DNA of 64,000 nucleotides, taken from positions 23,190,001 to 23,254,000 of the forward strand of contig NC_087251.1 in the NCBI RefSeq assembly GCF_037042905.1, written 5' to 3'. The position numbers and the translations under genes are program-made. The DNA comes from Lytechinus pictus. Taxonomy: Eukaryota. The notes under the pieces are model-generated. The model made no database searches, was not told where the DNA came from, and was given only the letters and a program-made list of their open reading frames with translations. Shown here one piece after another: positions 40,901-52,162 of this stretch (position 1 is the stretch's first letter; each line of letters begins with the position of its first letter).

Positions 40901-42365
40901 ATCTTGTCATCCCAATAATTTTTTTTTTGTATTAGATATTATCTGGTTGCCATGGCAATAGCTTCAGATGTTATACATTTTGCATCAAACATATCGATGT
41001 TTAGCACACTAAGATTAGGGGAAATGCAGTCCCTTTTTTAAGCATACAGATTAAGTCAATTCCACTTGTATTTTCCACCTGTCCATTGTCTTGTCAACCA
41101 TGTTATTTTTGTAAATTAGATGTTATTTGGTTGCCATGGCAATGGCTTAAGATGTTATATTTATAAATTTAGTCACAAACATATCTCGATTAGTACCTTT
41201 AAATTTGGGAAAATGGAATGATGATCATATCGTACATGTATTCTACATTTTTATCAATATGTTTACATTTCTAGAGGGAAATAAGCTGTTGCCATGGCAA
41301 CAGGCCCTTTGCAAAATTCAATTTAATTCAAGCTTTACCAAGGCAACATGATTTTTTTTATCTCTATAAAGAATTCCTGCAGAACACTTTCTGTACTTTT
41401 TGTTCAAATGAGAGGGGTCAAATCTTAAGCATACAGATTAAGTCAATTCCACTTGTATTTTCCACCTGTCCATTGTCGTGTCAACCATGTTATTTTTGTA
41501 AATTAGATGTTATTTGGTTGCCATGGCAATGGCCTAAGATGTTATATATATAAATTTAGTCACAAACATATCTCGAGTAGTACCTTTAAATTTGGGAAAA
41601 TGGAATGATGATCATATCGTACATGTATTCTACATTTTTATCAATATGTTTACCTTTCTAGAGGGAAATAAGCTGTTGCCATGGCAACGGGCCCTTTGCA
41701 AAATTGTTTCTTTTGAAATTTAATTCAAGCTTTACCAAGGCAACATGATTTTTTATCTTTATAAAGAACTCCTGCAGAACACTTTTTGTATTTTTTGTTC
41801 AAATGAGAGGGGTCAAAACTTAAGCATACATATTAAGTTAATTCCACTTGTATTTTCTACCTGTCCATTGTCTTGTCAACCATGTTATTTTTGTAAATTA
41901 GATGTTATTTGGTTGCCATGGCAATGGCTTGAGATGTAGTTTACACATTTAGCAACCAAAATATCTCCGATAAGCACTGTAAAGTTAGGGGAAATTAACG
42001 ATAAATCATATTCTACAACGTTTTTTAATCATTTTTTTACTTTGCTGGGGAAAAACAAGCCGTTGCCATGGCAACAGACCAATTGGAACTATCTTGATGA
42101 TCTTGAATATTTCTAAATATCATATGTATTCAATTGGGAGCCTGAAATTATTATTTTGGTCATCTATACCATGTTTATTTACCATTTACATGGGAATGCA
42201 TGTTATTTTGGAGAAATTAATCCGTTGCCATGGCAACGGCCGAAAATGGCATTTATAAATTTACCTCCCATCTTTAAAATAAATCTTACGGCATATACTA
42301 ATACTTGTGAAAGTTTCATGCTTTAGTCATAATTTGCACAATTGTTCGGCTAATCCGCTCTACTA
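34928..42365. mobile_element. Non-autonomous Academ-like DNA transposon
   Basis: tagtagagcggattagc / gctaatccgctctacta termini and ~0.9-kb TIRs; 3-bp TSD ccc (5 C in the uninterrupted mirror arm versus 4+4 here); no long ORF. Confidence 0.8.
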
Positions 42366-42734
42366 CCCCTGGTTCTGTTTGGAAAAACGCAGACAGCGAA
42401 AACGAAATCGGGTAGTTCGCTTTCCACTTCCTGCTCTCTGATTTCGTCTTTCGCACAACCAACAGCCTTATCGAAATACGTTATACACACGGGCACGCAG
42501 TACAGTGCATGCATGATACGACCATGAAGCTATTACGTAATAGCTTTATGTTACGACCACGTGCAACAAAAATTCACGTTAACATGGCTTTTAATTTCCA
42601 GCGTTTTCGGATCTTCACAGACAGTGGCGTAGCTAGGATTTTCCCTCCCCCGGGGGGGGGGGGGCAATGGGGGGGTCCTTGCTTTTTCAGGGGGGGGGGG
42701 CACCGGCCATTTTTGGCGGTGTGTGTGTAATAAA

Positions 42735-44397
42735 GTAATTTTTCAAGGGGCGCCCCAGGGATATCCCGACGGCCTAGCCAGGGTAACCACGTACCCTAAC
42801 TTGTAGAGCTCGACACGGGCAACCAGTTAAACACTGACTTGACCCGGCGCATGCACATTAAGGGGGCTCAAATTAACAAAATTAAAGGGAATAAAGGGCT
42901 ATTTATCGCATTTTTAAAATTAAAATAAAGTAAATTTTCAAGGGGCCCCAGGGATATCCCGACAGCCTAGCCAGGGTAACCACGTATCCTAACTTGGAGA
43001 ACTCGACTCGGGCAACCAGATAAACACTGATTTGACCCGGCGCATGCACATTTAGGGGGCTCAAATTAACAAAATTAAAGGGAATAAAGGGATATTTATC
43101 GCATTTTTAGATGATTAAACTAAAGTATTTTTTCAAGGGGCCCCCAGGGATATCCTGACGGCCTAGCCAGGGTAACCACGTATCCTAACTTATAGAACTT
43201 GACTCGGGCGATCAGATAAAAACTTATTTGACCCGGCGCATGCACATTTAGGGGGCTAAAATTAACAAAATTAAAGGGAATAAAGGGCTATTTATCGCAT
43301 TTTTTAAATTAAAATAAAGTATTTTTTCAAGGGGTCCCCAGGGATATCCCGACTGCCTAGCCAGGGTAACCACGTATCCTAACTTGTAGAACTTGACTCG
43401 GGCGATCAGATAAAAACTGACTTGACCCGGCGCATGCACATTTAGGGGGCTAAAATTAACAAAATTAAAGGGAATAAAGGGCTATTTATCGCATTTTTTA
43501 AATTAAAATAAAGTATTTTTTCAAGGGGCCCCCAGGGATATCCCGACGGCCTAGCCAGGGTAACCACGTATCCTAACTTGTAGAACTTGACTCGGGCGAT
43601 CAGATAAACACTGACTTGACCCGGCGCATGCACATTTAGGGGGCTAAAATTAAAGGGAATAAAGGGAATAAAGGGCTATTTATCGCATTTTTTAAATTAA
43701 AATAAAGTATTTTTTCAAGGGGCCCCCAGGGATATCCCGACGGCCTAGCCAGGGTAACCACGTATCCTAACTTGTAGAACTTGACTCGGGCGATCAGATA
43801 AACACTGACTTGACCCGGCGCATGCACATTTAGGGGGCTAAAATTAAAGGGAATAAAGGGCTATTTATCGCATTTTTTAAATTAAAATAAAGTATTTTTT
43901 CAAGGGGCCCCCAGGGATATCCCGACGGCCTAGCCAGGGTAACCACGTATCCTAACTTGTAGAACTTGACTCGGGCGATCAGATAAAAACTGACTTGACC
44001 CGGCGCATGCACATTTAGGGGGCTAAAATTAACAAAATTAAAGGGAATAAAGGGCTAATTATCGCATTTTTAAAATTAAAATAAAGTAAATTTTGAAGGG
44101 GCCCCCAGGGATATCCCGACGGCCTAGCTAGGGCAACCACGTACCCTAACTTGTAGAACTCGACTCGGGCAACCAGATAAACACTGATTTGATCCGGCGC
44201 ATGCACATTTAGGGGGCTCAAATTAACAAAATTAAAGGGAATAAAGGGCTATTTATCGCATTTTTAAAATTAAAATAAAGTAAATTTTGAAGGGGCCCCC
44301 AGGGATATTCCAACGGCCTAGCCAGGGTAACCATGTATCCTAACTTGTAGAACTCGACTCGGGCAACCAGATACACATTAGCTTGACCCGTTGCATG
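42735..44397. repeat. ~194-bp tandem array (about 8-9 units), left arm
   Basis: Repeated ...gggatatcccgacggcctagccagggtaaccacg...; spurious ORFs recur at 194-bp spacing. Confidence 0.92.
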
Positions 44398-46188
44398 CAG
44401 TGGCGTAACAGGGGTCGGTGGCTGGGGGGGGGGGCAAGAACCAAGAATTTCCCGGTCACATCATAAAGCAGGCAATGGAGTCATAAGGCAAAAATTTTGA
44501 GGGGGCGATATTATGGAGTATCGGACAAAAATATATATTTATGCGAGCGAGCGGAGCGTTCGAGCAAAATTTTTGACATTTTAATGGCAAAAATGAGTGG
44601 GGTCCGGGGTAGAGCCCCGGAACCTCTTGATATTAAAGCCATTTTAAACCTTACAGATGGCCACTAATTTTAATCAAATTGCGTGTATATTTATATAGCT
44701 TTCACACTACACATAAATTCAGTGCTGCAGTTGACAGTTGTGTACCGTAATCATCTAAATATTTTGAGGGGGTCTACCATAGCAAATGTGGGAAAATTTG
44801 TAAAAAGTCGGCAGCGAGCGAAACGAGCCAGAAGAAAAATGGCCTTTTGAAATAAAATTGAATTGTGTGATAGACTTTTACCTCACAGCAAATATCATGT
44901 CTTATATTTTTTTTATTTCATTCATCTCATTTCGCTGCCTCCTTCATATTCTTTTATTTCCCCTTGGCTGTGGAACCAATCCCCCCCCCCGTACGCCAGT
45001 GCTTCAACGCAATAGACTTTCATACGAAATTATGCTATATACCATCCATCTTTTTTTCCCGCTCGTTATCTTCAATCCTCAGCAGCCCGGTAGTAATATC
45101 TTGTCCCTTTTTTTTATTTTCCAATTTAGATTTTGCCTCATTCCATTCTACCTTCACTCGCTTTTGTTTGCCTTTATCATCTTTAATTTATTTCCCTGTC
45201 TTTTAAAATTATTTTGAAATTAAATTCTAATTATGTGATAGTCGCTTTGGAAATTTAGTCGATCAATCAATCAATCAATCAATGTAGTTGTGTACCGTTA
45301 TCATCCAAATATTTTGAGGGGGCACACCATAGCAAATGTGGGAAAATTTGTTTTAAAAAAAAGTCGCCAGCGAGCGAAGCGAGCCAGAAGAAAAATGGCA
45401 TTTTGAAATAAAATTATAATTATGTGATAGATTTTTACATCATAGCAAATGTCATGTCTTATATATTTTTTTAAATATTTTATTCATCTCATTACGCTGC
45501 CTCCTTCATTTTCTTTTATTTCCCCTTGGCTGTGGAACCCCCCCCCCCCGTACGCCAGTGCTTCAACGGAAGGATCCATATAGGGGGCCGTTATAGAACC
45601 CTTTAAAGGTTACAGGTTAAGAGCCTCCACTGCACGGGGTCTTGACTCTTGGACAGAGCCCCCGGTAGCTTTGGATATTTAGCAAGTTTATAATAGACTT
45701 TCATACGAAATTATGCTATATACCATCCATCTTTTTTCCCTCTCGTTATCTTCAATCCTCAGCAGCCCATCTTGTCCCTTTTTTTTATTTTCCAATTTAG
45801 ATTTTGCCTCATTCCATTCTACCTTAATTTCCCGCTTTTGTTTGCCTTTTTGTCATCTTTAATTCATTTCCCTGTCTTACTAATCATGCTAATGTATGTG
45901 TATATCTGGGAAAATTGTTCTTCCTCACATGTTCTTCTTTCCTTCCTTTTTCCAAATTCTTTCCGTTTTCCCTTTTTTTTCCTTAGTTTTATTTTCCCTT
46001 ACCCTTTTCTATTCCCCTCCCTTTTCCCCCTTTCATCTTTTTTCCTTTCCTTTTCCTTTCCCTTTCTTTCTTTCTCCCCTTATTTTTTCCTTTTCCCGGT
46101 TTTTTTTTCTTAACATTTTCAGGTGAACTCCGCCAGGGGGAAGGGGGGCAGCTTGCCCCCCCCCCCCCCCCCGCCTGTTACGCAACTG
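44398..46188. mobile_element. Non-autonomous hAT-like element with 8-bp TSD
   Basis: gttgcatg|cagtggcgtaacagg ... cctgttacgcaactg|gttgcatg, inserted in a 194-bp unit. Confidence 0.82.
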
Positions 46189-47928
46189 GTTGCATGCTCA
46201 TTATGGGGGCTAAAATTAACAAAAGTAAAGGAATACGGGCTTTTTCAAGCATGGGGAACCACGGTCCTGACTTTTCCCCCCATCCCTTAGTGCTGCCGAT
46301 GGGTAGAGTAAAAAACAACAAGGAAAGAGAGAAGACAAAATAGAAGAGAGAGAAGCGAAAGGGAGAGATAGGAAAGAAAAGGAGGGGGAAAGGGAGAGAA
46401 AGAGAAGGGAGAACGGAGGGGTCATATCATTGTATGAACAGGATATTTTATGATTATGCCCCGAGCATTAGTGCGAAGCTCAATGCGAGATAAGAACAAA
46501 ATAGAGGGGGCACACCATGGCGCACGCAGCAAAAATTTGCTTAATAATAAGTCTCCAGCGAGCGAAGCGAGCGAGAAGAAAAATCACCTTCAATTTTGAG
46601 ATTGATTTTGACATGGTATGCAGAAAATGACATATCTTTCCTCTTCCTTTTCTTTCTTTCCTTTTATCATTTTTTTTTCTCGGTTGTAGAACTTTTTTTT
46701 TTGGGGGGGGGCAGTGCTATGCGGTTCGGGTCCGGTGCAATGACGGTACTAGGGTTTTTAACCTAGGAGGAGGCAAACAAACATTTTGGGGCCGGGGGGA
46801 TGGCACACATTTTAAAAAAAAATCGAGCGAGAAGCGCGAGCTAATTTTATTGCAAATGCAGTCCCTACTGATTTAAAAAGGGAACTGTTAAGAATCAGCT
46901 GTTTGCATTAATTGGGTCATGAAGATGATATCTCACCAAATGAATAATGCGAGCGCGAAGCGTGAGCTGAAAATTTTTGATATCCGGGATGATACCTGGC
47001 CGTTCTAAGCTTTTTTTTAATTATAAAATGAATGGCTATCTAATTCGCTGAAAATAAATCCTCTATGGAAATTATGAATACGCAGGATATGTATCTCGCT
47101 AAAACAAATAATGAAAACTCTAATAACATTTGATTTTTAAGCCCCATGTGAACAGATAATCATTAATAACTGCGAGCGCGTATCGCGAGCTACATTTTGA
47201 ATTTTATATAATGGCCTGAAAGATTTATGTTAGTGACCAAAATTGTTGGGACCTAAATGCTAACGGTGAATGGATGAGAATATTTGTAAAATTTAAAGAA
47301 CAAAAAACATTTTTGTAGTATTATGACAACGTTTACTATACATTTTGTTTCTTCAAATTTCGGGGGGGGGGGCAACTCACTGAAGACTCCCCATTCGGTG
47401 GCGCCACTGGTCTGGGGCGGAGCCCCCAGAACCTCGTGATATTTTTAAACATTGCAGATGGCCATTTTTTTTTTAAAATCAAATCGCGGGTACATACATC
47501 ACATATTATATTAAGTTGCTAATTAATTGAATTGAAGGCTACACGTGCAAAAGAAAATGTCTCATGAGAATTATTCGAAGATTTGAGGAGCTTTATACTC
47601 ATATTTTATATTTTGACAATACGTTTTCTATCGATATACGCCCCCATCTTTTCTCCAAGAGATGACGATCTACAACAGAAGGCTGAAGATATTCATTCGA
47701 CCCAACCCATTCTCATTTTTTTAATTTGTAAGTTGATTACAAAAAAGAATATGTATAATGATTAGACTGATTCTAGAAACAGAGAATGGGCAACCATTGA
47801 ACATATTTTGTGCAAATAAAAGAAAAATACAGGTGTCACTCAGCTTTCGGAACTATTTTATTGGCGGAGGATTTAGGACTGAGTATAATATATGAATAAG
47901 ATCTGCTCATGAGATGCTTTAACCAGTT

Positions 47929-49025
47929 GCCCCCTAAATGTGCATGCGCCGGGTCAAGCTAGTGTTTATCTGGTTGCCCGAGTCGAGTTCTCCAAGTTAG
48001 GGTACGTGGTTACCCTGGCTAGGCCGTCGGGATATCCCTGGGGGCCCCTTGAAAAAATACTTTTAATTTAAAAAATGCGATAAATATCCCTTTATTCCCT
48101 TTACTTTTGTTAATTTGAGCCCCCTAAATGTGCATGCACCGGGTCAAGCTAGTGTTTACCTGGTTGCCCGAGTCGAGTTCTACAAGTTAGGATACGTGGT
48201 TACCCTGGCTAGGCCGTCGGGATATCCCTGGGGGGCCCCTTGAAAAATACTTTATTTTAATTTTAAAAATGCGATAAATAGCCCTTTATTCCCTTTAATT
48301 TTGTTAATTTAAGCCCCATAAATGTGCATGCGCCGGGCCAAGCTAGTGTTTATCTGGTTGCCCGAGTCGAGTTCTACAAGTTAGGATACGTGGTTACCCT
48401 GGCTAGGCCGTCGGGATATCCTTCGGGGCCCCTTGAAAAAATACTTTATTTTAATTTTAAAAATGCGATAAATAGCCCTTTATTCCCTTTAATTTTGTTA
48501 ATTTGAGCCCCCTAAATGTGCATGCGCCGGATCAAATCAGTGTTTATCTGGTTGCCCGAGTCGAGTTCTACAAGTTAGGGTACGTGGTTGCCCTGGCTAG
48601 GCCGTCGGGATATCCCTGGGGGCCCCTTGAAAATTTACTTTATTTTAATTTTAAAAATGCGATAAATAGCCCTTTATTCCCTTTAATTTTGTTAATTTTA
48701 GCCCCCTAAATCATGCATGCGCCGGGTCAAGTCAGTTTTTATCTGATCGCCCGAGTCAAGTTCTACAAGTTAGGATACGTGGTTACCCTGGCTAGGCCGT
48801 CGGGATATCCCTGGGGGCCCCTTGAAAAAATACTTTATTTTAATTTAAAAAATGCGATAAATAGCCCTTTATTCCCTTTACTTTTGTTAATTTGAGCCCC
48901 CTTAATGTGCATGCGCCGGGTCAAGTCAGTGTTTATCTGGTTGCCCGTGTCGAGCTCTACAAGTTAGGGTACGTGGTTACCCTGGCTAGGCCGTCGGGAA
49001 ATCCCTGGGGCGCCTCTTGAAAAAT
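47929..49025. repeat. ~194-bp tandem array (about 5-6 units), inverted, right arm
   Basis: Reverse complement of the 42735-44397 units. Confidence 0.92.
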
Positions 49026-49893
49026 TACTTTATTACACACACACCGCCAAAAATGGCCGGTGCCCCCCCCCCCCCCTCTGAAAAAGCAAGGACCCCCCAT
49101 TGCCCCCCCGGGGGGGGGGGAATCCTAGCTACGCCACTGTCTGTGAAGGTCCGAAAACGCTGGAAATTAAAAGCCATGTTAACGTGAATTTTTGTTGCAC
49201 GCGGTCGTAACATAAAGCTATTACGTAATAGCTTCATGGTCGTATCATGCACGCACTGTACTGCGTGCCCGTGTGTATAACGTATTTCGATATGGCTGTT
49301 GGTTGTGCGAAAGACGAAATCAGAGAGCAGGAAGTGGAAAGCGAACTACCCGATTTCGTTTTCGCTGTCTGCGTTTTTCCAAACAGAATCAGGGGGTAGA
49401 AAGCGTGTTCTGATTTTGTTTTTAATATATAACAAACACAGGTATAGAATGAGGTATCAGAGAGGACCAAAAGTATTTCTGATTTCATTCTTCTGTTTTT
49501 GATCTCCAAAAATGAAATCACAACGGGGGTTTTCTCGTTGTGATCTCGTTTTTGTGTTTTCAAAGACCAATCAATGAGGTTGACTTCCGTTTTTGCTCTA
49601 CGAAAATCAGGAATGAAAAACGAATTATCCATTAGTACCCTGATTCACTAACCCGTCTCTGTGGTCGAATGGTTAATACCTCAGTCACATTTCCTGTACA
49701 CGGCCGCCTTACGGCGAGTCGAAAACTTCCGTTTTATCTAACTTTATTCAAACCACCCATATATATGAAGCTGGTACAAAAAAAATAAACGGCTGTTTTC
49801 GACTCGCCATACGATCCCCTGCGGGTTCGGGGATTAGAGAATAGGCCCGCTGTATTCTCTGCATGTCGTAAGAGGCGACTAAAAGAGACAGTA

Positions 49894-50378
49894 GGTGGTT
49901 TCAGACCGCCTCGAAGTTCGCCAGTTCCAGGTATTCTCTGATCGGGAAATTTACCCCGATCAGAAAATACCAGGTATTTTGGCGGTCTGAAAGCAAACTA
50001 CGCGTAATATCCCCGAAAGAAAATACCCGATAAATAGTAGGTACTTGGCGAAATTACGAGAACTTTCGCGGGGATTTTTCCAAGGTCGTGGGTATTTTGG
50101 CGGTCTGAAAGCAAATTACGGGAACTTTTAGCCCAGCGTGTCGTTGGGTGCGGCGCCGTGGGTGGCTGCTGGGCTAGTGATTTTAAATTTCGCGCCTTGC
50201 TTGCTTATCAGACCATACTGCGCATGCTCGTAACTTCAGGAACTACTTCAGGAACTTATCCCGAAGGGTATGTTTCAGGGCGGTGTGAATGCAGGAATAA
50301 TTAATGGGTATTTTTCAGCCTAAAAAAGTTCTCGTAATTTAACGGGGATTCTTGTGATCGAGGCGGTTTGAAACCACC
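49894..50378. mobile_element. TA-flanked MITE inserted in the LINE 5' UTR
   Basis: ta|ggtggtttcagaccgcctcga ... tcgaggcggtttgaaaccacc|ta (21-bp TIR, 1 mismatch). Confidence 0.82.
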
Positions 50379-50871
50379 TACTCTGTTTGCCGTGGACTGC
50401 CACCCGTGTTGGGGGATAAAGGGATCCTGATGATTGAGTGGATGGTGTGACTGCGGTCCTCTTGAAACAACACGTCATTTTGGCCCTGGATTCTCCTAGT
50501 CGGGAGGTTTTATAGGCCTGGTAAAAATCAATCGGCTGGTGGTGTTCAGCCCTAAGATGCTATTTTAACTGGTTTATTTCTTGTTGTCTCTCGATGTGTA
50601 TTTTTGGGTTCTGTGTTGTTTGATCTCAAGCGATGTGATAGTTTGAACTTTGATTCTTTTGACACTACTTTCAATTTACTTTGGTATAGTATTTTAGAAG
50701 GCAACTGCTTAAACAGGTCAATCAGGGTGGATTTTGGTTTGCTCTGAGTATAGCACTGCTGTATCTCTGGCGTCAGTATAAGTGATTATCCTTATATATA
50801 TATATGACGTCCCCTTGTTGGACTCCGATGGTGGGTGGGGAGCAATGGTGCTGAATTAAAAAAAGAATAGT

Positions 50872-52162
50872 ATGGCTAATTTCAACAAACAATCCAATAA
50901 GCGGAGTAGAAGTAATTCCAATGATGGTACTGAGCCAGTTAACTTCCCACATTTTCTGGTCATTCAGGGTAGTGATCCAAATAAACCACTCAAACTATCG
51001 CCATTTGCTATAAATAAAGGTGTCGAGTCATTAGCTGGACCTGTGAAATCAATCAAAAGGTTAAGATCAGGTGATATTCTGGTGGAAGTCGAGAGAGCTG
51101 GTCAGGCGAGTAATTTGCTCAAGACCGACAAATTTGTCAATATTCCTATTAAAGTCTCACCTCATAAGACCTTAAACTCGTGTAAAGGGGTAGTTCGCTG
51201 CCCTGAACTTAGAGACTGCGACGATGATGAAATTCTTGAGGAACTTGCTGATCAGCAAGTAATCGATGTCCATAGAGTAACAGTCAATCAGAATGGAATT
51301 AAGAAACCAACTAATACCTTGTTTCTAACCTTTAACAGATCTACCATTCCTCCATATATCAAGGTTGGCTATTTGCGAGTTAAGGTGGATATTTACATCC
51401 CAAACCCCATTCGATGCTTCAAGTGCCAAAAATTTGGCCATTTCAGGAGCTATTGTCAACTGAATGAGTGTTGTGAGAATTGTGGCAAGGATGATCATAC
51501 TGGCTCTCCCTGCCAAGTTCCATCAAAGTGTATTAACTGTGGTGGCAGTCATCCTGCTAATTCTCGGTCGTGTCCAAAATGGATCGAGGAGAAAAGAATC
51601 CAAGAATTGAAAGCTTTGGGTAACCTATCCTGTATCCTATCCTGAAGCACGGAAGCTGTATCAAACACAACATACTCAAAGTTGTTCATACGCAGATAAG
51701 ACCAAACAAAGTACTGGAGGAACTAATCAACAATCTAAATTAACTCAACAGCCTAAGGCTACAGCTACTACCCAAACTGACATAACTTGGTTAAATGGTG
51801 ATTTCCCTGTGACTCTTGAAAATAATAAAGCAACAAATACAGAGAAACCTAAATCTCAAACTAAAAAACAAGATCAACAGAAGAAGGGGCAGACTAAGAC
51901 TAAGGATGGTCGTCGAAGTCGAAGTCTCTCACGGGATCCTCCCACTAGAAATACTTCAAGTAATCAAGAAACTAAAAAACCATCAACTAAAGTGAAAAGT
52001 AAACCTCAGATAAATGTATCAAAACCAAAGTTAACTGACTCAGTAGTAACTAAAAATAAATATGATGTATTATCAATTGAGAGAGATGATGATATGGATA
52101 TTTCTCCAATTCATCAACCCTCCTCTAAAATTAAATTGGTTCAAAAATTAGATAATACGTAA
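50872..52162 (+). pseudogene. LINE ORF1 nucleic-acid-binding protein, frameshifted near 51630
   Basis: CFKCQKFGH...C, CENCGKDDH...C, CINCGGSH...C; small duplication tatcctg/tatcct breaks the frame; basic tail continues to TAA 52160-52162, directly abutting the ORF2 ATG. Confidence 0.85.

Larger units (their letters stand above)
34676..49645. mobile_element. Non-coding long-TIR (foldback-like) element with 6-bp TSD, host of nested insertions
   Basis: cactaa|aatcagggtactaatggataattcg ... cgaattatccattagtaccctgatt|cactaa; left TIR = 34676-34927 + 42366-~44400, right TIR ~47930-49645. Confidence 0.85.

Noticed and set aside
45772..46425. Phe/Ser/Leu-rich ORFs
   Set aside because: Low-complexity pyrimidine/purine tracts inside non-autonomous elements.
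43248..48895. Repeated ~60-68 aa ORFs (MHAPGQVS...)
   Set aside because: By-products of the 194-bp tandem array; no coding signature.
49653..49690. tRNA-like A-box gtctctgtggtcgaatggttaa
   Set aside because: No B-box or cloverleaf follows; at most a SINE head fragment.
49814..49888. Canonical HDV-like ribozyme call
   Set aside because: Could not build the P1-P2-P3-P1.1-P4 order; kept only as an unclassified structured motif.
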